Positions 26,601 to 42,658 of a stretch of 64,000 nucleotides of DNA are shown piece by piece (the stretch's first letter is position 1; the number at the start of each line of letters is the position of its first letter). The notes beneath the pieces are model-generated. The model had not been told where the DNA came from. It saw nothing but the letters and a program-made list of their open reading frames with translations, and made no database searches. The stretch is from Escherichia coli. GTDB taxonomy: Bacteria; Pseudomonadota; Gammaproteobacteria; Enterobacterales; Enterobacteriaceae. The position numbers and the translations under genes were made by a program. The stretch is from assembly GCF_041886205.1 (NCBI RefSeq), contig NZ_CP169029.1, one strand, 5' to 3'.

Positions 26601-27638
26601 ATGAACGATGAAATGAAAGGTAAAAGCGGCAAGGTCAAAGTGATGTATGTCCGCAGTGATGATGATTCTGATAAACGTACCCACAACCCGCGTACCGGGA
26701 AAGGGGGCGGGCGTCCAGGAAAATCTCGTGCTGACGGTGGCCGTCGCCCCGCCCGCGATGACAAACAGAGTCAGCCCCGTGACCGCAAGTGGGAAGATTC
26801 GCCGTGGCGCACGGTTTCCCGCGCGCCGGGTGATGAGACGCCGGAAAAGGCCGATCACGGTGGCATCAGTGGTAAAAGTTTTATTGATCCGGAAGTTTTG
26901 CGTCGTCAGCGTGCGGAAGAAACCCGCGTCTACGGCGAAAATGCATGTCAGGCACTGTTCCAGAGCCGTCCGGAAGCGATTGTTCGCGCCTGGTTTATCC
27001 AGAGCGTAACGCCACGTTTTAAAGAAGCCTTGCGCTGGATGGCGGCAAACCGCAAAGCGTACCATGTGGTGGATGAAGCGGAATTGACAAAAGCGTCAGG
27101 CACGGAACATCACGGCGGCGTTTGCTTCCTGATCAAAAAGCGTAATGGCACAACCGTGCAGCAGTGGGTAAGCCAGGCAGGTGCGCAGGATTGCGTTCTG
27201 GCACTGGAAAACGAATCTAACCCGCATAACCTGGGTGGCATGATGCGCAGCTGCGCGCACTTCGGCGTGAAAGGCGTTGTGGTGCAGGATGCGGCACTGC
27301 TGGAGTCGGGTGCGGCTATCCGTACCGCAGAAGGCGGCGCAGAGCACGTTCAGCCGATTACTGGCGACAACATTGTTAACGTGCTGGATGATTTTCGTCA
27401 GGCGGGTTACACCGTAGTGACCACTTCCAGCGAGCAGGGGAAACCGCTGTTCAAAACCAGCCTGCCAGCGAAAATGGTACTGGTGCTGGGTCAGGAATAT
27501 GAAGGGTTACCGGATGCCGCACGCGATCCGAACGATCTGCGCGTGAAGATTGACGGTACGGGCAACGTTGCCGGGCTGAATATCTCTGTTGCAACAGGCG
27601 TTTTGCTTGGTGAATGGTGGCGTCAGAATAAAGCCTGA
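26601..27638 (+). CDS. yfiF: SpoU/TrmH-family putative RNA methyltransferase YfiF with basic low-complexity N-terminus
   Basis: ORF 26526..27638; start placed at [10 protein letters not shown] (345 aa); C-terminal SpoU-type methylase region. Confidence 0.85.
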
Positions 27639-27685
27639 TAAATCAGCCGGGTGGCAACGCTGCCATCCGGCATTTTCCCGCAAAT

Positions 27686-28375
27686 TTACTCACTCTCTGC
27701 CGGTAATACTGGCATCCAGTCAATCGGCGTCTCGCCATGTTGTTCCAGCCACTGATTTGCCAGCACAAAATGGTTACAGCCAAAGAATCCACGATGCGCA
27801 GAAAGCGGTGACGGATGCGGTGCTTTCAGTACGTGATGGCGTTGCTTATCTATAATCGCCCCTTTCTTTTGCGCATGCGATCCCCACAACAAAAACACCA
27901 CGCCTTCGCGATGCTGGTTAATCAGGCTGATGACTTTATCGGTGAAGGTCTCCCAGCCGAGGCTGGCATGGGAATGCGCCTGACCTGCGCGTACCGTCAA
28001 CACAGTATTGAGTAGCAGAACGCCCTGACGCGCCCAGCTTTCAAGATAACCATGATTAGGGCGGGTGAAGCCCGGAATAGTATTTTCCAGCTCTTTATAC
28101 ATATTCAGCAGTGACGGAGGAGTGGCGATTCCGGGGCGAACGGAAAATGCCAGCCCATGCGCCTGTCCCGGTCCGTGATAAGGATCCTGGCCGAGAATCA
28201 CCACTTTAACGTCACCCAACTCGGTAAAGCGGAACGCGTTAAAGACATCTTTTTGTGGCGGATAGATAGTGACGCCGGACTGCCGCTCGCTGGCGACGGT
28301 CTGAAGGGTATTAAGAAAATAGGGTTGCTTCTTCTCTTCAGCCAGCACGTCATGCCAGGTTAATTCGTTAGCCAT
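27686..28375 (-). CDS. ung: Uracil-DNA glycosylase
   Basis: 229-aa [23 protein letters not shown]... with GQDPYHGP motif. Confidence 0.96.
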   Translation of the reverse strand: MANELTWHDVLAEEKKQPYFLNTLQTVASERQSGVTIYPPQKDVFNAFRFTELGDVKVVILGQDPYHGPGQAHGLAFSVRPGIATPPSLLNMYKELENTIPGFTRPNHGYLESWARQGVLLLNTVLTVRAGQAHSHASLGWETFTDKVISLINQHREGVVFLLWGSHAQKKGAIIDKQRHHVLKAPHPSPLSAHRGFFGCNHFVLANQWLEQHGETPIDWMPVLPAESE

Positions 28376-28504
28376 CTCGCTCTCCTGCGAATCTTCAATC
28401 CGCCTAGCTTAACTGCTTCTTTCTACAGAACAAAATCATGCTCATTTTTAGACTTAAACGAGTGCAAAAAAATGTAAATTGGTAAAATTTCACACCTGCA
28501 TAAG

Positions 28505-28571
28505 TTGATGTAAAACAATAAAATCCATTTGCGACCATACTTGATGTGTGGTTTTTGTTGATTTAAATCAA
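28505..28571 (+). promoter_or_regulatory. Two FNR/CRP-family boxes upstream of grcA
   Basis: ttgatttaaatcaa (28558..28571, perfect TTGAT-N4-ATCAA) and ttgatgtaaaacaa (28505..28518). Confidence 0.6.
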
Positions 28572-28678
28572 AGATTCAAGGGTGTTTGAGGAGTATATAT
28601 ACACTCAAGCAACAATGGTTTTACCAATTGGCCGCGACAGGCTGAACAAATCAAATAATTTTGCCGGGGAGGCATCAC

Positions 28679-29062
28679 ATGATTACAGGTATCCAGATTA
28701 CTAAAGCCGCTAACGACGATCTGCTGAACTCTTTCTGGCTGCTGGACAGCGAAAAAGGCGAAGCACGTTGCATCGTTGCGAAAGCAGGTTTTGCAGAAGA
28801 TGAAGTGGTTGCAGTAAGCAAACTGGGTGACATTGAGTACCGTGAAGTTCCAGTAGAAGTGAAACCAGAAGTTCGCGTTGAAGGTGGTCAGCACCTGAAC
28901 GTTAACGTTCTGCGTCGTGAAACTCTGGAAGATGCAGTTAAGCATCCGGAAAAATATCCGCAGCTGACCATCCGTGTATCCGGATATGCAGTTCGCTTTA
29001 ACTCTCTGACTCCGGAACAGCAACGCGACGTTATTGCTCGTACCTTTACTGAAAGCCTGTAA
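28679..29062 (+). CDS. grcA: Autonomous glycyl radical cofactor GrcA (YfiD)
   Basis: 127-aa product [22 protein letters not shown]... with C-terminal glycyl-radical motif (RVSGYAV). Confidence 0.94.
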
Positions 29063-29084
29063 GGCTTAAGTAGCAAGTTACTAA

Positions 29085-29116
29085 GCGGAAGAGGGCGACT
29101 TCTTCCGCTTTTTTTC
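29085..29116 (+). terminator. grcA rho-independent terminator
   Basis: gcggaagagggcgacttcttccgc hairpin then tttttttc. Confidence 0.65.
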
Positions 29117-29117
29117 G

Positions 29118-29705
29118 TTAATAGAAAATGCGTACCGCGCAATAGACCAGCAACAGTGCAAGCACGATATTCAACTGGCGACCATACTGGCGAAACAATC
29201 GCTGAAACAGATGCCCCGCCAGCGCCCAGCACACATTGCCAAACGTCCCAATCATCGCCAGCAAAACGCTGACGCCAACTACCCAGCTTAACGCCTGTGT
29301 TTGCGGCAGAACAAATGTCGACAGTGCCGTAACACCGTACAAAATGATTTTGACGTTCACAAACTGCAAAGCAAAGCTGGCCCAAAAACTGATTGGTTTT
29401 GTCTGAAGTCCATCTTCCTTTGTTGGACTGGTAGCGATTTTCCACGCCAGCCAGACAATATATGCCGCTCCTGCCCAACTCAACAGATGCACTGCTGCCG
29501 GGTCGATAACAGCCAGTGAAAACGAAATGCCCGCACACAGCAACATGACGATTAAAAATCCCAGACTCATCCCTGCCAGCACGCGGGTACTCTGACGAAA
29601 TCCGTGCGTTGTAGCTGAGCTAAGGGCGAGAATATTGTTCGGTCCTGGCGTCATGGCGGTAATCAGGGTGTAAGTCCAAAAAGCACTTAAAAGGGTCGGT
29701 GTCAC
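29118..29705 (-). CDS. eamB: Cysteine/O-acetylserine exporter (LysE/RhtB family)
   Basis: 195-aa membrane ORF of the LysE family; position next to yfiE. Confidence 0.88.
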   Translation of the reverse strand: MTPTLLSAFWTYTLITAMTPGPNNILALSSATTHGFRQSTRVLAGMSLGFLIVMLLCAGISFSLAVIDPAAVHLLSWAGAAYIVWLAWKIATSPTKEDGLQTKPISFWASFALQFVNVKIILYGVTALSTFVLPQTQALSWVVGVSVLLAMIGTFGNVCWALAGHLFQRLFRQYGRQLNIVLALLLVYCAVRIFY

Positions 29706-29806
29706 TTGTTATCTCCTCTGTTTTGGTAGACAGTACCCGACACGGAACATTTAAAAAAATGAATGTTTTTACATTCTAAATTCGATATTTTCGATAGGTT
29801 TGGGTT

Positions 29807-30688
29807 ATGGATCTGCGCCGTTTTATTACGCTTAAAACCGTGGTGGAAGAGGGTTCCTTTTTGCGTGCTTCGCAAAAATTGTGCTGCACACAATCGACGG
29901 TGACTTTTCATATTCAGCAGCTTGAGCAGGAGTTCTCGGTACAGTTGTTTGAGAAAATTGGTCGACGGATGTGCCTTACCCGCGAGGGGAAAAAGCTGCT
30001 GCCGCACATCTATGAACTTACCAGAGTGATGGATACGCTTCGTGAGGCTGCCAAAAAAGAGTCGGATCCGGACGGGGAACTACGCGTTGTTTCGGGCGAA
30101 ACGCTGCTCTCTTACCGAATGCCGCAGGTGTTGCAGCGTTTTCGGCAACGCGCACCAAAAGTACGTTTATCGTTGCAGTCACTGAACTGTTACGTGATCC
30201 GTGATGCGCTACTGAATGATGAGGCCGATGTCGGAGTTTTTTATCGCGTAGGGAATGATGATGCTCTGAATCGACGAGAGTTGGGTGAACAATCACTGGT
30301 GCTGGTGGCTTCACCGCAAATTGCAGATGTCGATTTTACTGAGCCGGGAAGACATAACGCCTGTAGCTTTATTATCAATGAACCACAATGTGTCTTCCGG
30401 CAGATATTTGAGAGCACGCTGCGCCAGCGACGGATCACGGTGGAAAACACCATTGAGCTTATAAGTATCGAAAGCATCAAGCGTTGTGTCGCGGCAAATA
30501 TCGGGGTCAGTTACTTACCGCGTTTTGCGGTGGTAAAAGAGTTGGAGTGCGGAGAATTAATTGAATTGCCTTTTGGCGAACAGTCGCAGACCATTACGGC
30601 AATGTGCGCTCACCATGCCGGAAAAGCGGTTAGCCCGGCGATGCACACTTTTATTCAGTGTGTTGAAGAGAGTTTTGTGGCTGGATAA
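29807..30688 (+). CDS. yfiE: LysR-family transcriptional regulator YfiE
   Basis: 293-aa ORF with N-terminal HTH and LysR substrate-binding domain; divergent from eamB. Confidence 0.85.
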   Translation: MDLRRFITLKTVVEEGSFLRASQKLCCTQSTVTFHIQQLEQEFSVQLFEKIGRRMCLTREGKKLLPHIYELTRVMDTLREAAKKESDPDGELRVVSGETLLSYRMPQVLQRFRQRAPKVRLSLQSLNCYVIRDALLNDEADVGVFYRVGNDDALNRRELGEQSLVLVASPQIADVDFTEPGRHNACSFIINEPQCVFRQIFESTLRQRRITVENTIELISIESIKRCVAANIGVSYLPRFAVVKELECGELIELPFGEQSQTITAMCAHHAGKAVSPAMHTFIQCVEESFVAG

Positions 30689-30746
30689 AAATAATGTCGG
30701 GATTAAACCCGGCATTTAACTTGTCGACAAAGTGCGCTTTATTCAT

Positions 30747-30844
30747 GCCGGATGCGGCGTGAACGCCTTATCCGGCCTACAAGATCGTGCAAATTCAATA
30801 TATTGCATGAGCCACGTAGGCCTGATAAGCGTAGCGCATCAGGC
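30747..30844. repeat. BIME: two inverted REP elements
   Basis: gccggatgcggcgtgaacgccttatccggcctac (30747..30780) and inverted copy gtaggcctgataagcgtagcgcatcaggc (30816..30844). Confidence 0.65.
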
Positions 30845-30896
30845 AGTTTTGCGTTTGCCAGCACTTTTAATACCAGGCTTAAACCCGGCATTGAGA

Positions 30897-32231
30897 TTAC
30901 TCTTCTGTCGTTTGCGGTGGCACGCCCGTTCCGCTCGGTTTACGGCGCTTACCAATATTTTTGGTGTCGCGATGGCGTTTTTTCACCCGCGGCTTCTCTT
31001 TCTCTTTAGCTTTTTTCTTCTCGGCGCGTTTTGCCAGTACTTTCTTCGATGGCTTGCCGGTCTGCTTCTCGCTTGGCGCACGCGTTTTCGGGCGTAACTC
31101 ATCAATTACGCGAGCTTTAATTGGCTCTTCAATATAGCGACCAACTTTGCCCAGCAGCAGATGGTCATGGGCTTCTACCAGCGAAATTGCGGTGCCTTTA
31201 CGACCGGCGCGCGCGGTACGTCCGATACGGTGCAAATAAGTATCGCCACTGCGCGGCATATCGAAGTTAAAGACGTGGCTGACGTCAGGAATGTCGATAC
31301 CGCGCGCGGCAACATCGGTTGCAACCAGTACGTTTACGCGACCTTCGGTCAAACGCTTGATCGCTTCGTTACGCTTGCCTTGTACCATCTCACCTTCGAG
31401 ATAGCAGTTGTTGATGCCCGCTTCGCGCAGCCAGTTTGCCAGCTCATGCACACGTTCACGCTTACGCACAAACACAATTGAGCGGGTCGCTTCCGGCTGT
31501 TTTAACAGATGCACCAGCAACGCGGTTTTATGCTCAAGATCATCGGCGCGGTAATACCACTGATGAATTTTTTTGCGCTCACGGGTGGACGGATTGGCAG
31601 AAACTTCCACCGGGTCTTCCAGCAGACGCTCGGCAAAGTCCTGAATCGCATCGCCTTCCAGCGTTGCCGAAAAGAGCAGGGTCTGTTTACGCCAGCGCGT
31701 TTCGCCAGCAATATGTTCGATATCCTGAGCGAAGCCCATATCCAGCATACGGTCTGCTTCGTCGAGGATCAGCGTTTCAACCGCGCGGCAATCGAAGTTC
31801 TCTTCTTTTATGTATTGCAGCAGACGTCCGGTCGTGGCGACCACGATGTCCTGATTTTCGCTGAACACTTCCGCGTGGTTCATATAGGCTACGCCGCCGG
31901 TGATGGTGGCGATATCCAGATGCGTATGTTTCGCCAGTTCGCGGGCATGATCGGCTACCTGCATCGCCAGCTCGCGAGTTGGGGTGAGGATCAAAATACG
32001 CGGCGGACCGGATTTCTTACGTGGGAAATCGAGCAGGTGCTGCAACGCTGGCAGCAGATACGCCGCCGTTTTACCGGTGCCTGTCGGCGCAGAACCGAGT
32101 ACATCACGGCCATCGAGCGCAGGCGGAATGGCGGCAGCCTGAATGGCGGTCGGGCGAGTGAAACCTTTATCCTCGAGGGCTTCCAGCAGGCTTTCGTCGA
32201 GTTCAAGTTCGGAAAAAGTCGTTACAGTCAT
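30897..32231 (-). CDS. srmB: ATP-dependent DEAD-box RNA helicase SrmB
   Basis: 444-aa ORF with Q-motif, [10 protein letters not shown] Walker A, DEAD, SAT and a basic C-terminal tail. Confidence 0.94.
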   Translation of the reverse strand: MTVTTFSELELDESLLEALEDKGFTRPTAIQAAAIPPALDGRDVLGSAPTGTGKTAAYLLPALQHLLDFPRKKSGPPRILILTPTRELAMQVADHARELAKHTHLDIATITGGVAYMNHAEVFSENQDIVVATTGRLLQYIKEENFDCRAVETLILDEADRMLDMGFAQDIEHIAGETRWRKQTLLFSATLEGDAIQDFAERLLEDPVEVSANPSTRERKKIHQWYYRADDLEHKTALLVHLLKQPEATRSIVFVRKRERVHELANWLREAGINNCYLEGEMVQGKRNEAIKRLTEGRVNVLVATDVAARGIDIPDVSHVFNFDMPRSGDTYLHRIGRTARAGRKGTAISLVEAHDHLLLGKVGRYIEEPIKARVIDELRPKTRAPSEKQTGKPSKKVLAKRAEKKKAKEKEKPRVKKRHRDTKNIGKRRKPSGTGVPPQTTEE

Positions 32232-32362
32232 GTTCTACCTCTGTGTGGGGCGCTGATTATAGACGTTACGGCTGCAATCTTCATCTGTTTGTATGGATAT
32301 CGCTTCTCGGGTATTGTTCTCACCCGGTGCTATCGCCGTTTTTCCTGCAAGGTTTTATTTTC

Positions 32363-34716
<2,354 letters not shown>

Positions 34717-35004
34717 TTAATTTACTAAACATGATTTGGTCAGAATAGCATCATGTTGTGCGAATAAACACCTGCTATTTTAATATTTGTTACAGTGGCT
34801 AAACACGCTGACGCAGGGCGGCGAGAAAAAGGGAAGTTACTGGCTGGTGGAGGATTAGGTGGTGAAATAAAAAGGCCGTTGGGTTACTCTTCAGGCAGTT
34901 AAATGGGCATTTCTACACAGATAATGCGATGTTCAGATTCTGTAGACTTATAATGATAGATAATGATCCGTCTACAGCATGACAAACAAAAACAGATGCG
35001 TTAC

Positions 35005-35032
35005 GGAACTTTACAAAAACGAGACACTCTAA
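35005..35032 (+). promoter_or_regulatory. Sigma-E-dependent promoter upstream of rpoE (autoregulated)
   Basis: ggaactt - 16 nt - tctaa, matching the sigma-E class. Confidence 0.55.
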
Positions 35033-35114
35033 CCCTTTGCTTGCTCAAATTGCAGCTAATGGAGTGGCGTTTCGATAGCGCGTGGAAATTTGGTTTGGGG
35101 AGACTTTACCTCGG

Positions 35115-35690
35115 ATGAGCGAGCAGTTAACGGACCAGGTCCTGGTTGAACGGGTCCAGAAGGGAGATCAGAAAGCCTTTAACTTACTGGTAGTGCGCTA
35201 TCAGCATAAAGTGGCGAGTCTGGTTTCCCGCTATGTGCCGTCGGGTGATGTTCCCGATGTGGTACAAGAAGCTTTTATTAAAGCCTATCGTGCGCTGGAT
35301 TCGTTCCGGGGAGATAGCGCTTTTTATACATGGCTGTATCGGATTGCTGTAAATACAGCGAAAAATTACCTGGTTGCTCAGGGGCGTCGTCCACCTTCCA
35401 GTGATGTGGATGCCATTGAAGCTGAAAACTTCGAAAGTGGCGGCGCGTTGAAAGAAATTTCGAACCCTGAGAACTTAATGTTGTCAGAAGAACTGAGACA
35501 GATAGTTTTCCGAACTATTGAGTCCCTCCCGGAAGATTTACGCATGGCAATAACCTTGCGGGAGCTGGATGGCCTGAGCTATGAAGAGATAGCCGCTATC
35601 ATGGATTGTCCGGTAGGTACAGTGCGTTCACGTATCTTCCGAGCGAGGGAAGCTATTGATAACAAAGTTCAACCGCTTATCAGGCGTTGA
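35115..35690 (+). CDS. rpoE: RNA polymerase sigma-E (sigma-24, ECF) factor
   Basis: 191-aa product MSEQLTDQVLVERVQKGDQKAF...; ORF track extends 11 codons upstream. Confidence 0.95.
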   Translation: MSEQLTDQVLVERVQKGDQKAFNLLVVRYQHKVASLVSRYVPSGDVPDVVQEAFIKAYRALDSFRGDSAFYTWLYRIAVNTAKNYLVAQGRRPPSSDVDAIEAENFESGGALKEISNPENLMLSEELRQIVFRTIESLPEDLRMAITLRELDGLSYEEIAAIMDCPVGTVRSRIFRAREAIDNKVQPLIRR

Positions 35691-35722
35691 CGATAGCGGG
35701 ATACTGGATAAGGGTATTAGGC

Positions 35723-36373
35723 ATGCAGAAAGAACAACTTTCCGCTTTAATGGATGGCGAAACGCTGGATAGTGAGCTGCTTAACGAACTGGCTCATAAC
35801 CCAGAAATGCAGAAAACCTGGGAAAGCTATCACTTAATCCGTGACTCAATGCGGGGTGATACTCCCGAGGTGCTCCATTTCGATATCTCTTCACGCGTGA
35901 TGGCCGCCATTGAAGAAGAGCCAGTACGTCAACCGGCGACATTGATCCCGGAAGCCCAGCCTGCGCCGCATCAATGGCAGAAAATGCCATTCTGGCAGAA
36001 AGTACGTCCGTGGGCGGCACAGCTTACCCAAATGGGCGTAGCAGCATGCGTATCGCTTGCAGTTATCGTTGGCGTCCAGCACTATAATGGGCAATCTGAA
36101 ACGTCCCAGCAGCCCGAAACGCCGGTATTTAATACACTGCCGATGATGGGTAAAGCCAGCCCGGTTAGCCTGGGAGTACCTTCTGAAGCGACCGCAAACA
36201 ATGGTCAACAGCAGCAGGTACAGGAGCAGCGTCGTCGCATTAATGCAATGTTGCAGGATTACGAACTGCAACGCCGACTCCACTCTGAACAGCTTCAGTT
36301 TGAGCAGGCGCAAACCCAGCAAGCCGCTGTACAGGTGCCAGGAATTCAAACTTTAGGAACGCAATCGCAGTAA
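35723..36373 (+). CDS. rseA: Anti-sigma-E factor RseA
   Basis: 216-aa product MQKEQLSALMDGETLDSELL..., single TM segment, Gln-rich C-terminus. Confidence 0.92.
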   Translation: MQKEQLSALMDGETLDSELLNELAHNPEMQKTWESYHLIRDSMRGDTPEVLHFDISSRVMAAIEEEPVRQPATLIPEAQPAPHQWQKMPFWQKVRPWAAQLTQMGVAACVSLAVIVGVQHYNGQSETSQQPETPVFNTLPMMGKASPVSLGVPSEATANNGQQQQVQEQRRRINAMLQDYELQRRLHSEQLQFEQAQTQQAAVQVPGIQTLGTQSQ

Positions 36374-37329
36374 TGAAGCAACTTTGGTTTGCCATGTCAT
36401 TAGTGACAGGTAGCCTGTTATTCTCTGCTAACGCCTCGGCCACTCCCGCGTCCGGGGCGTTATTACAGCAGATGAACCTGGCCAGTCAGTCACTGAATTA
36501 CGAGCTGTCATTCATCAGCATCAATAAACAGGGTGTTGAGTCTCTGCGTTATCGACATGCACGCCTCGATAACCGTCCTCTTGCACAATTGTTGCAAATG
36601 GATGGCCCGCGCCGGGAAGTGGTACAGCGCGGCAATGAAATCAGCTATTTTGAACCGGGACTTGAACCGTTCACGCTTAATGGCGATTACATTGTTGATT
36701 CTCTGCCATCGCTCATCTATACCGATTTCAAACGCCTTTCTCCTTACTACGACTTCATCTCCGTCGGGCGCACGCGTATTGCTGATCGTCTTTGCGAAGT
36801 CATTCGCGTGGTTGCCCGAGATGGTACACGCTACAGCTACATCGTGTGGATGGACACTGAATCGAAATTACCGATGAGGGTTGATCTCCTTGATCGCGAT
36901 GGTGAAACGCTGGAACAATTTCGCGTGATTGCTTTTAACGTCAATCAGGATATCAGCAGCAGTATGCAGACGTTGGCGAAGGCAAATTTGCCGCCGTTGC
37001 TTTCTGTTCCTGTAGGTGAAAAAGCTAAATTCAGCTGGACGCCAACCTGGTTGCCACAGGGTTTTAGCGAAGTTTCCAGTAGTCGACGTCCGCTACCGAC
37101 GATGGACAACATGCCTATCGAATCACGTCTCTATTCCGACGGATTATTCAGCTTCTCGGTAAACGTTAACCGCGCTACGCCATCGAGCACCGATCAGATG
37201 TTGCGCACCGGACGCAGAACCGTCAGTACAAGCGTACGTGATAACGCCGAAATCACCATTGTCGGTGAACTGCCGCCGCAAACGGCGAAACGCATTGCCG
37301 AGAATATTAAGTTCGGGGCAGCGCAATGA
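36373..37329 (+). CDS. rseB: Sigma-E regulatory protein RseB (periplasmic)
   Basis: 318-aa ORF with signal peptide; coupled to rseA (1-nt overlap). Confidence 0.93.
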   Translation: MKQLWFAMSLVTGSLLFSANASATPASGALLQQMNLASQSLNYELSFISINKQGVESLRYRHARLDNRPLAQLLQMDGPRREVVQRGNEISYFEPGLEPFTLNGDYIVDSLPSLIYTDFKRLSPYYDFISVGRTRIADRLCEVIRVVARDGTRYSYIVWMDTESKLPMRVDLLDRDGETLEQFRVIAFNVNQDISSSMQTLAKANLPPLLSVPVGEKAKFSWTPTWLPQGFSEVSSSRRPLPTMDNMPIESRLYSDGLFSFSVNVNRATPSSTDQMLRTGRRTVSTSVRDNAEITIVGELPPQTAKRIAENIKFGAAQ

Positions 37330-37805
37330 TCAAAGAGTGGGCTACCGTCGTCTCCTGGCAAAACGGGCAGGCGCTGGTCAGTTGTGATGTTAAAGCCTCA
37401 TGCAGCAGCTGCGCTTCACGCGCCGGTTGCGGTAGCCGCGTGTTGAATAAACTTGGCCCGCAAACCACGCATACCATTGTCGTACCCTGTGATGAGCCGT
37501 TAGTGCCGGGGCAAAAAGTGGAATTGGGGATCGCCGAAGGCAGCCTGCTTAGCTCCGCATTACTGGTTTATATGTCGCCGCTGGTGGGATTATTCCTCAT
37601 CGCTTCGCTATTTCAGCTACTCTTTGCTTCTGACGTCGCAGCATTATGTGGTGCGGTCCTCGGCGGTATTGGCGGGTTCCTGATTGCGCGTGGCTACTCG
37701 CGTAAGTTTGCTGCCCGGGCAGAATGGCAACCGATCATCTTAAGCGTGGCATTGCCGCCTGGCCTTGTGCGATTTGAAACATCTTCGGAAGACGCGAGCC
37801 AGTGA
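37326..37805 (+). CDS. rseC: Sigma-E regulatory protein RseC (SoxR-reducing system family)
   Basis: 159-aa ORF with Cys-rich N-terminus and two TM segments; 4-nt overlap with rseB. Confidence 0.9.
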   Translation: MIKEWATVVSWQNGQALVSCDVKASCSSCASRAGCGSRVLNKLGPQTTHTIVVPCDEPLVPGQKVELGIAEGSLLSSALLVYMSPLVGLFLIASLFQLLFASDVAALCGAVLGGIGGFLIARGYSRKFAARAEWQPIILSVALPPGLVRFETSSEDASQ

Positions 37806-38002
37806 TTTCACTGGCTTTGTTGCATTTTGCATAACAAATGCGAGGACGTTTCCAGATACCACAATCCATACGGTATGAACATTTCCTCGCCTCAATGTTG
37901 TAGTGTAGAATGCGGCGTTTCTATTAATACAGACGTTAAGCTCAGAACAGCGACTTCTAAAAGCCTGGTTAACCGGGCATTAAGGCACAATAATCATACT
38001 TT

Positions 38003-39802
<1,800 letters not shown>

Positions 39803-39817
39803 CCCTTAGGAGTTGGC

Positions 39818-40792
39818 ATGGCGAATATGTTTGCCCTGATTCTGGTGATTGCCACACTGGTGACGGGCATTTTATGGTGCGTGGATAAATTCTTTTTCGC
39901 ACCTAAACGGCGGGAACGTCAGGCAGCGGCGCAGGCGGCTGCCGGTGACTCACTGGATAAAGCAACGTTGAAAAAGGTTGCGCCGAAGCCTGGCTGGCTG
40001 GAAACCGGTGCTTCTGTTTTTCCGGTACTGGCTATCGTATTGATTGTGCGTTCGTTTATTTATGAACCGTTCCAGATCCCGTCAGGTTCGATGATGCCGA
40101 CTCTGTTAATCGGTGATTTTATTCTGGTAGAGAAGTTTGCTTATGGCATTAAAGATCCTATCTACCAGAAAACGCTGATCGAAACCGGTCATCCGAAACG
40201 CGGCGATATCGTGGTCTTTAAATATCCGGAAGATCCAAAGCTTGATTACATCAAGCGCGCGGTGGGTTTACCGGGCGATAAAGTCACTTACGATCCGGTC
40301 TCAAAAGAGCTGACGATTCAACCGGGATGCAGTTCCGGCCAGGCGTGTGAAAACGCGCTGCCGGTCACCTACTCAAACGTGGAACCGAGCGATTTCGTTC
40401 AGACCTTCTCACGCCGTAATGGTGGGGAAGCGACCAGCGGATTCTTTGAAGTGCCGAAAAACGAAACCAAAGAAAATGGAATTCGTCTTTCCGAGCGTAA
40501 AGAGACACTGGGTGATGTGACGCACCGCATTCTGACAGTGCCGATTGCGCAGGATCAGGTGGGGATGTATTACCAGCAGCCAGGGCAACAACTGGCAACC
40601 TGGATTGTTCCTCCGGGACAATACTTCATGATGGGCGACAACCGCGACAACAGCGCGGACAGCCGTTACTGGGGTTTTGTGCCTGAAGCGAATCTGGTCG
40701 GTCGGGCAACGGCTATCTGGATGAGCTTCGATAAGCAAGAAGGCGAATGGCCGACTGGTGTGCGCTTAAGTCGCATTGGCGGCATCCATTAA
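39818..40792 (+). CDS. lepB: Signal peptidase I
   Basis: 324-aa ORF with catalytic Ser box (PSGSMMPTL) and Lys box. Confidence 0.95.
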   Translation: MANMFALILVIATLVTGILWCVDKFFFAPKRRERQAAAQAAAGDSLDKATLKKVAPKPGWLETGASVFPVLAIVLIVRSFIYEPFQIPSGSMMPTLLIGDFILVEKFAYGIKDPIYQKTLIETGHPKRGDIVVFKYPEDPKLDYIKRAVGLPGDKVTYDPVSKELTIQPGCSSGQACENALPVTYSNVEPSDFVQTFSRRNGGEATSGFFEVPKNETKENGIRLSERKETLGDVTHRILTVPIAQDQVGMYYQQPGQQLATWIVPPGQYFMMGDNRDNSADSRYWGFVPEANLVGRATAIWMSFDKQEGEWPTGVRLSRIGGIH

Positions 40793-40805
40793 TAGCTCAT
40801 CTTCG

Positions 40806-40838
40806 TTCACGTTGTCGCCGTTATGGCGACAACGTGAA
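40806..40838 (+). terminator. Hairpin after lepB
   Basis: ttcacgttgtcgccgttatggcgacaacgtgaa inverted repeat followed by ttattt. Confidence 0.5.
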
Positions 40839-40937
40839 TTATTTATGAGATAAATCTCCCGTGGCTAACGACATCCCCCGTCGTTGTGTATAGAATATTC
40901 CCCCGAAGTTTAAGGTTGGCACCTCCAGGTTGCCACG

Positions 40938-41031
40938 GCACACGAAACAGCGTTGGTCCCCATATACCGCTAAACTGAAACTGCAGCGAAGCAGTTAGCA
41001 GAGCCATGTATATCAGGTCTGTTTCGTGTGC
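40938..41031 (+). promoter_or_regulatory. rnc leader: 13-bp perfect inverted repeat able to form a long-range stem, consistent with the RNase III autoregulatory cleavage site
   Basis: gcacacgaaacag (40938..40950) and ctgtttcgtgtgc (41019..41031) read directly. Confidence 0.5.
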
Positions 41032-41034
41032 TGA

Positions 41035-42647
<1,613 letters not shown>

Positions 42648-42658
42648 GAGTCACTCCG

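Noticed and set aside
30732-31097. 121-aa ORF spanning the BIME and the 3' end of srmB
   Set aside because: Starts within REP repeat sequence and overlaps the srmB coding region antisense; no independent support.
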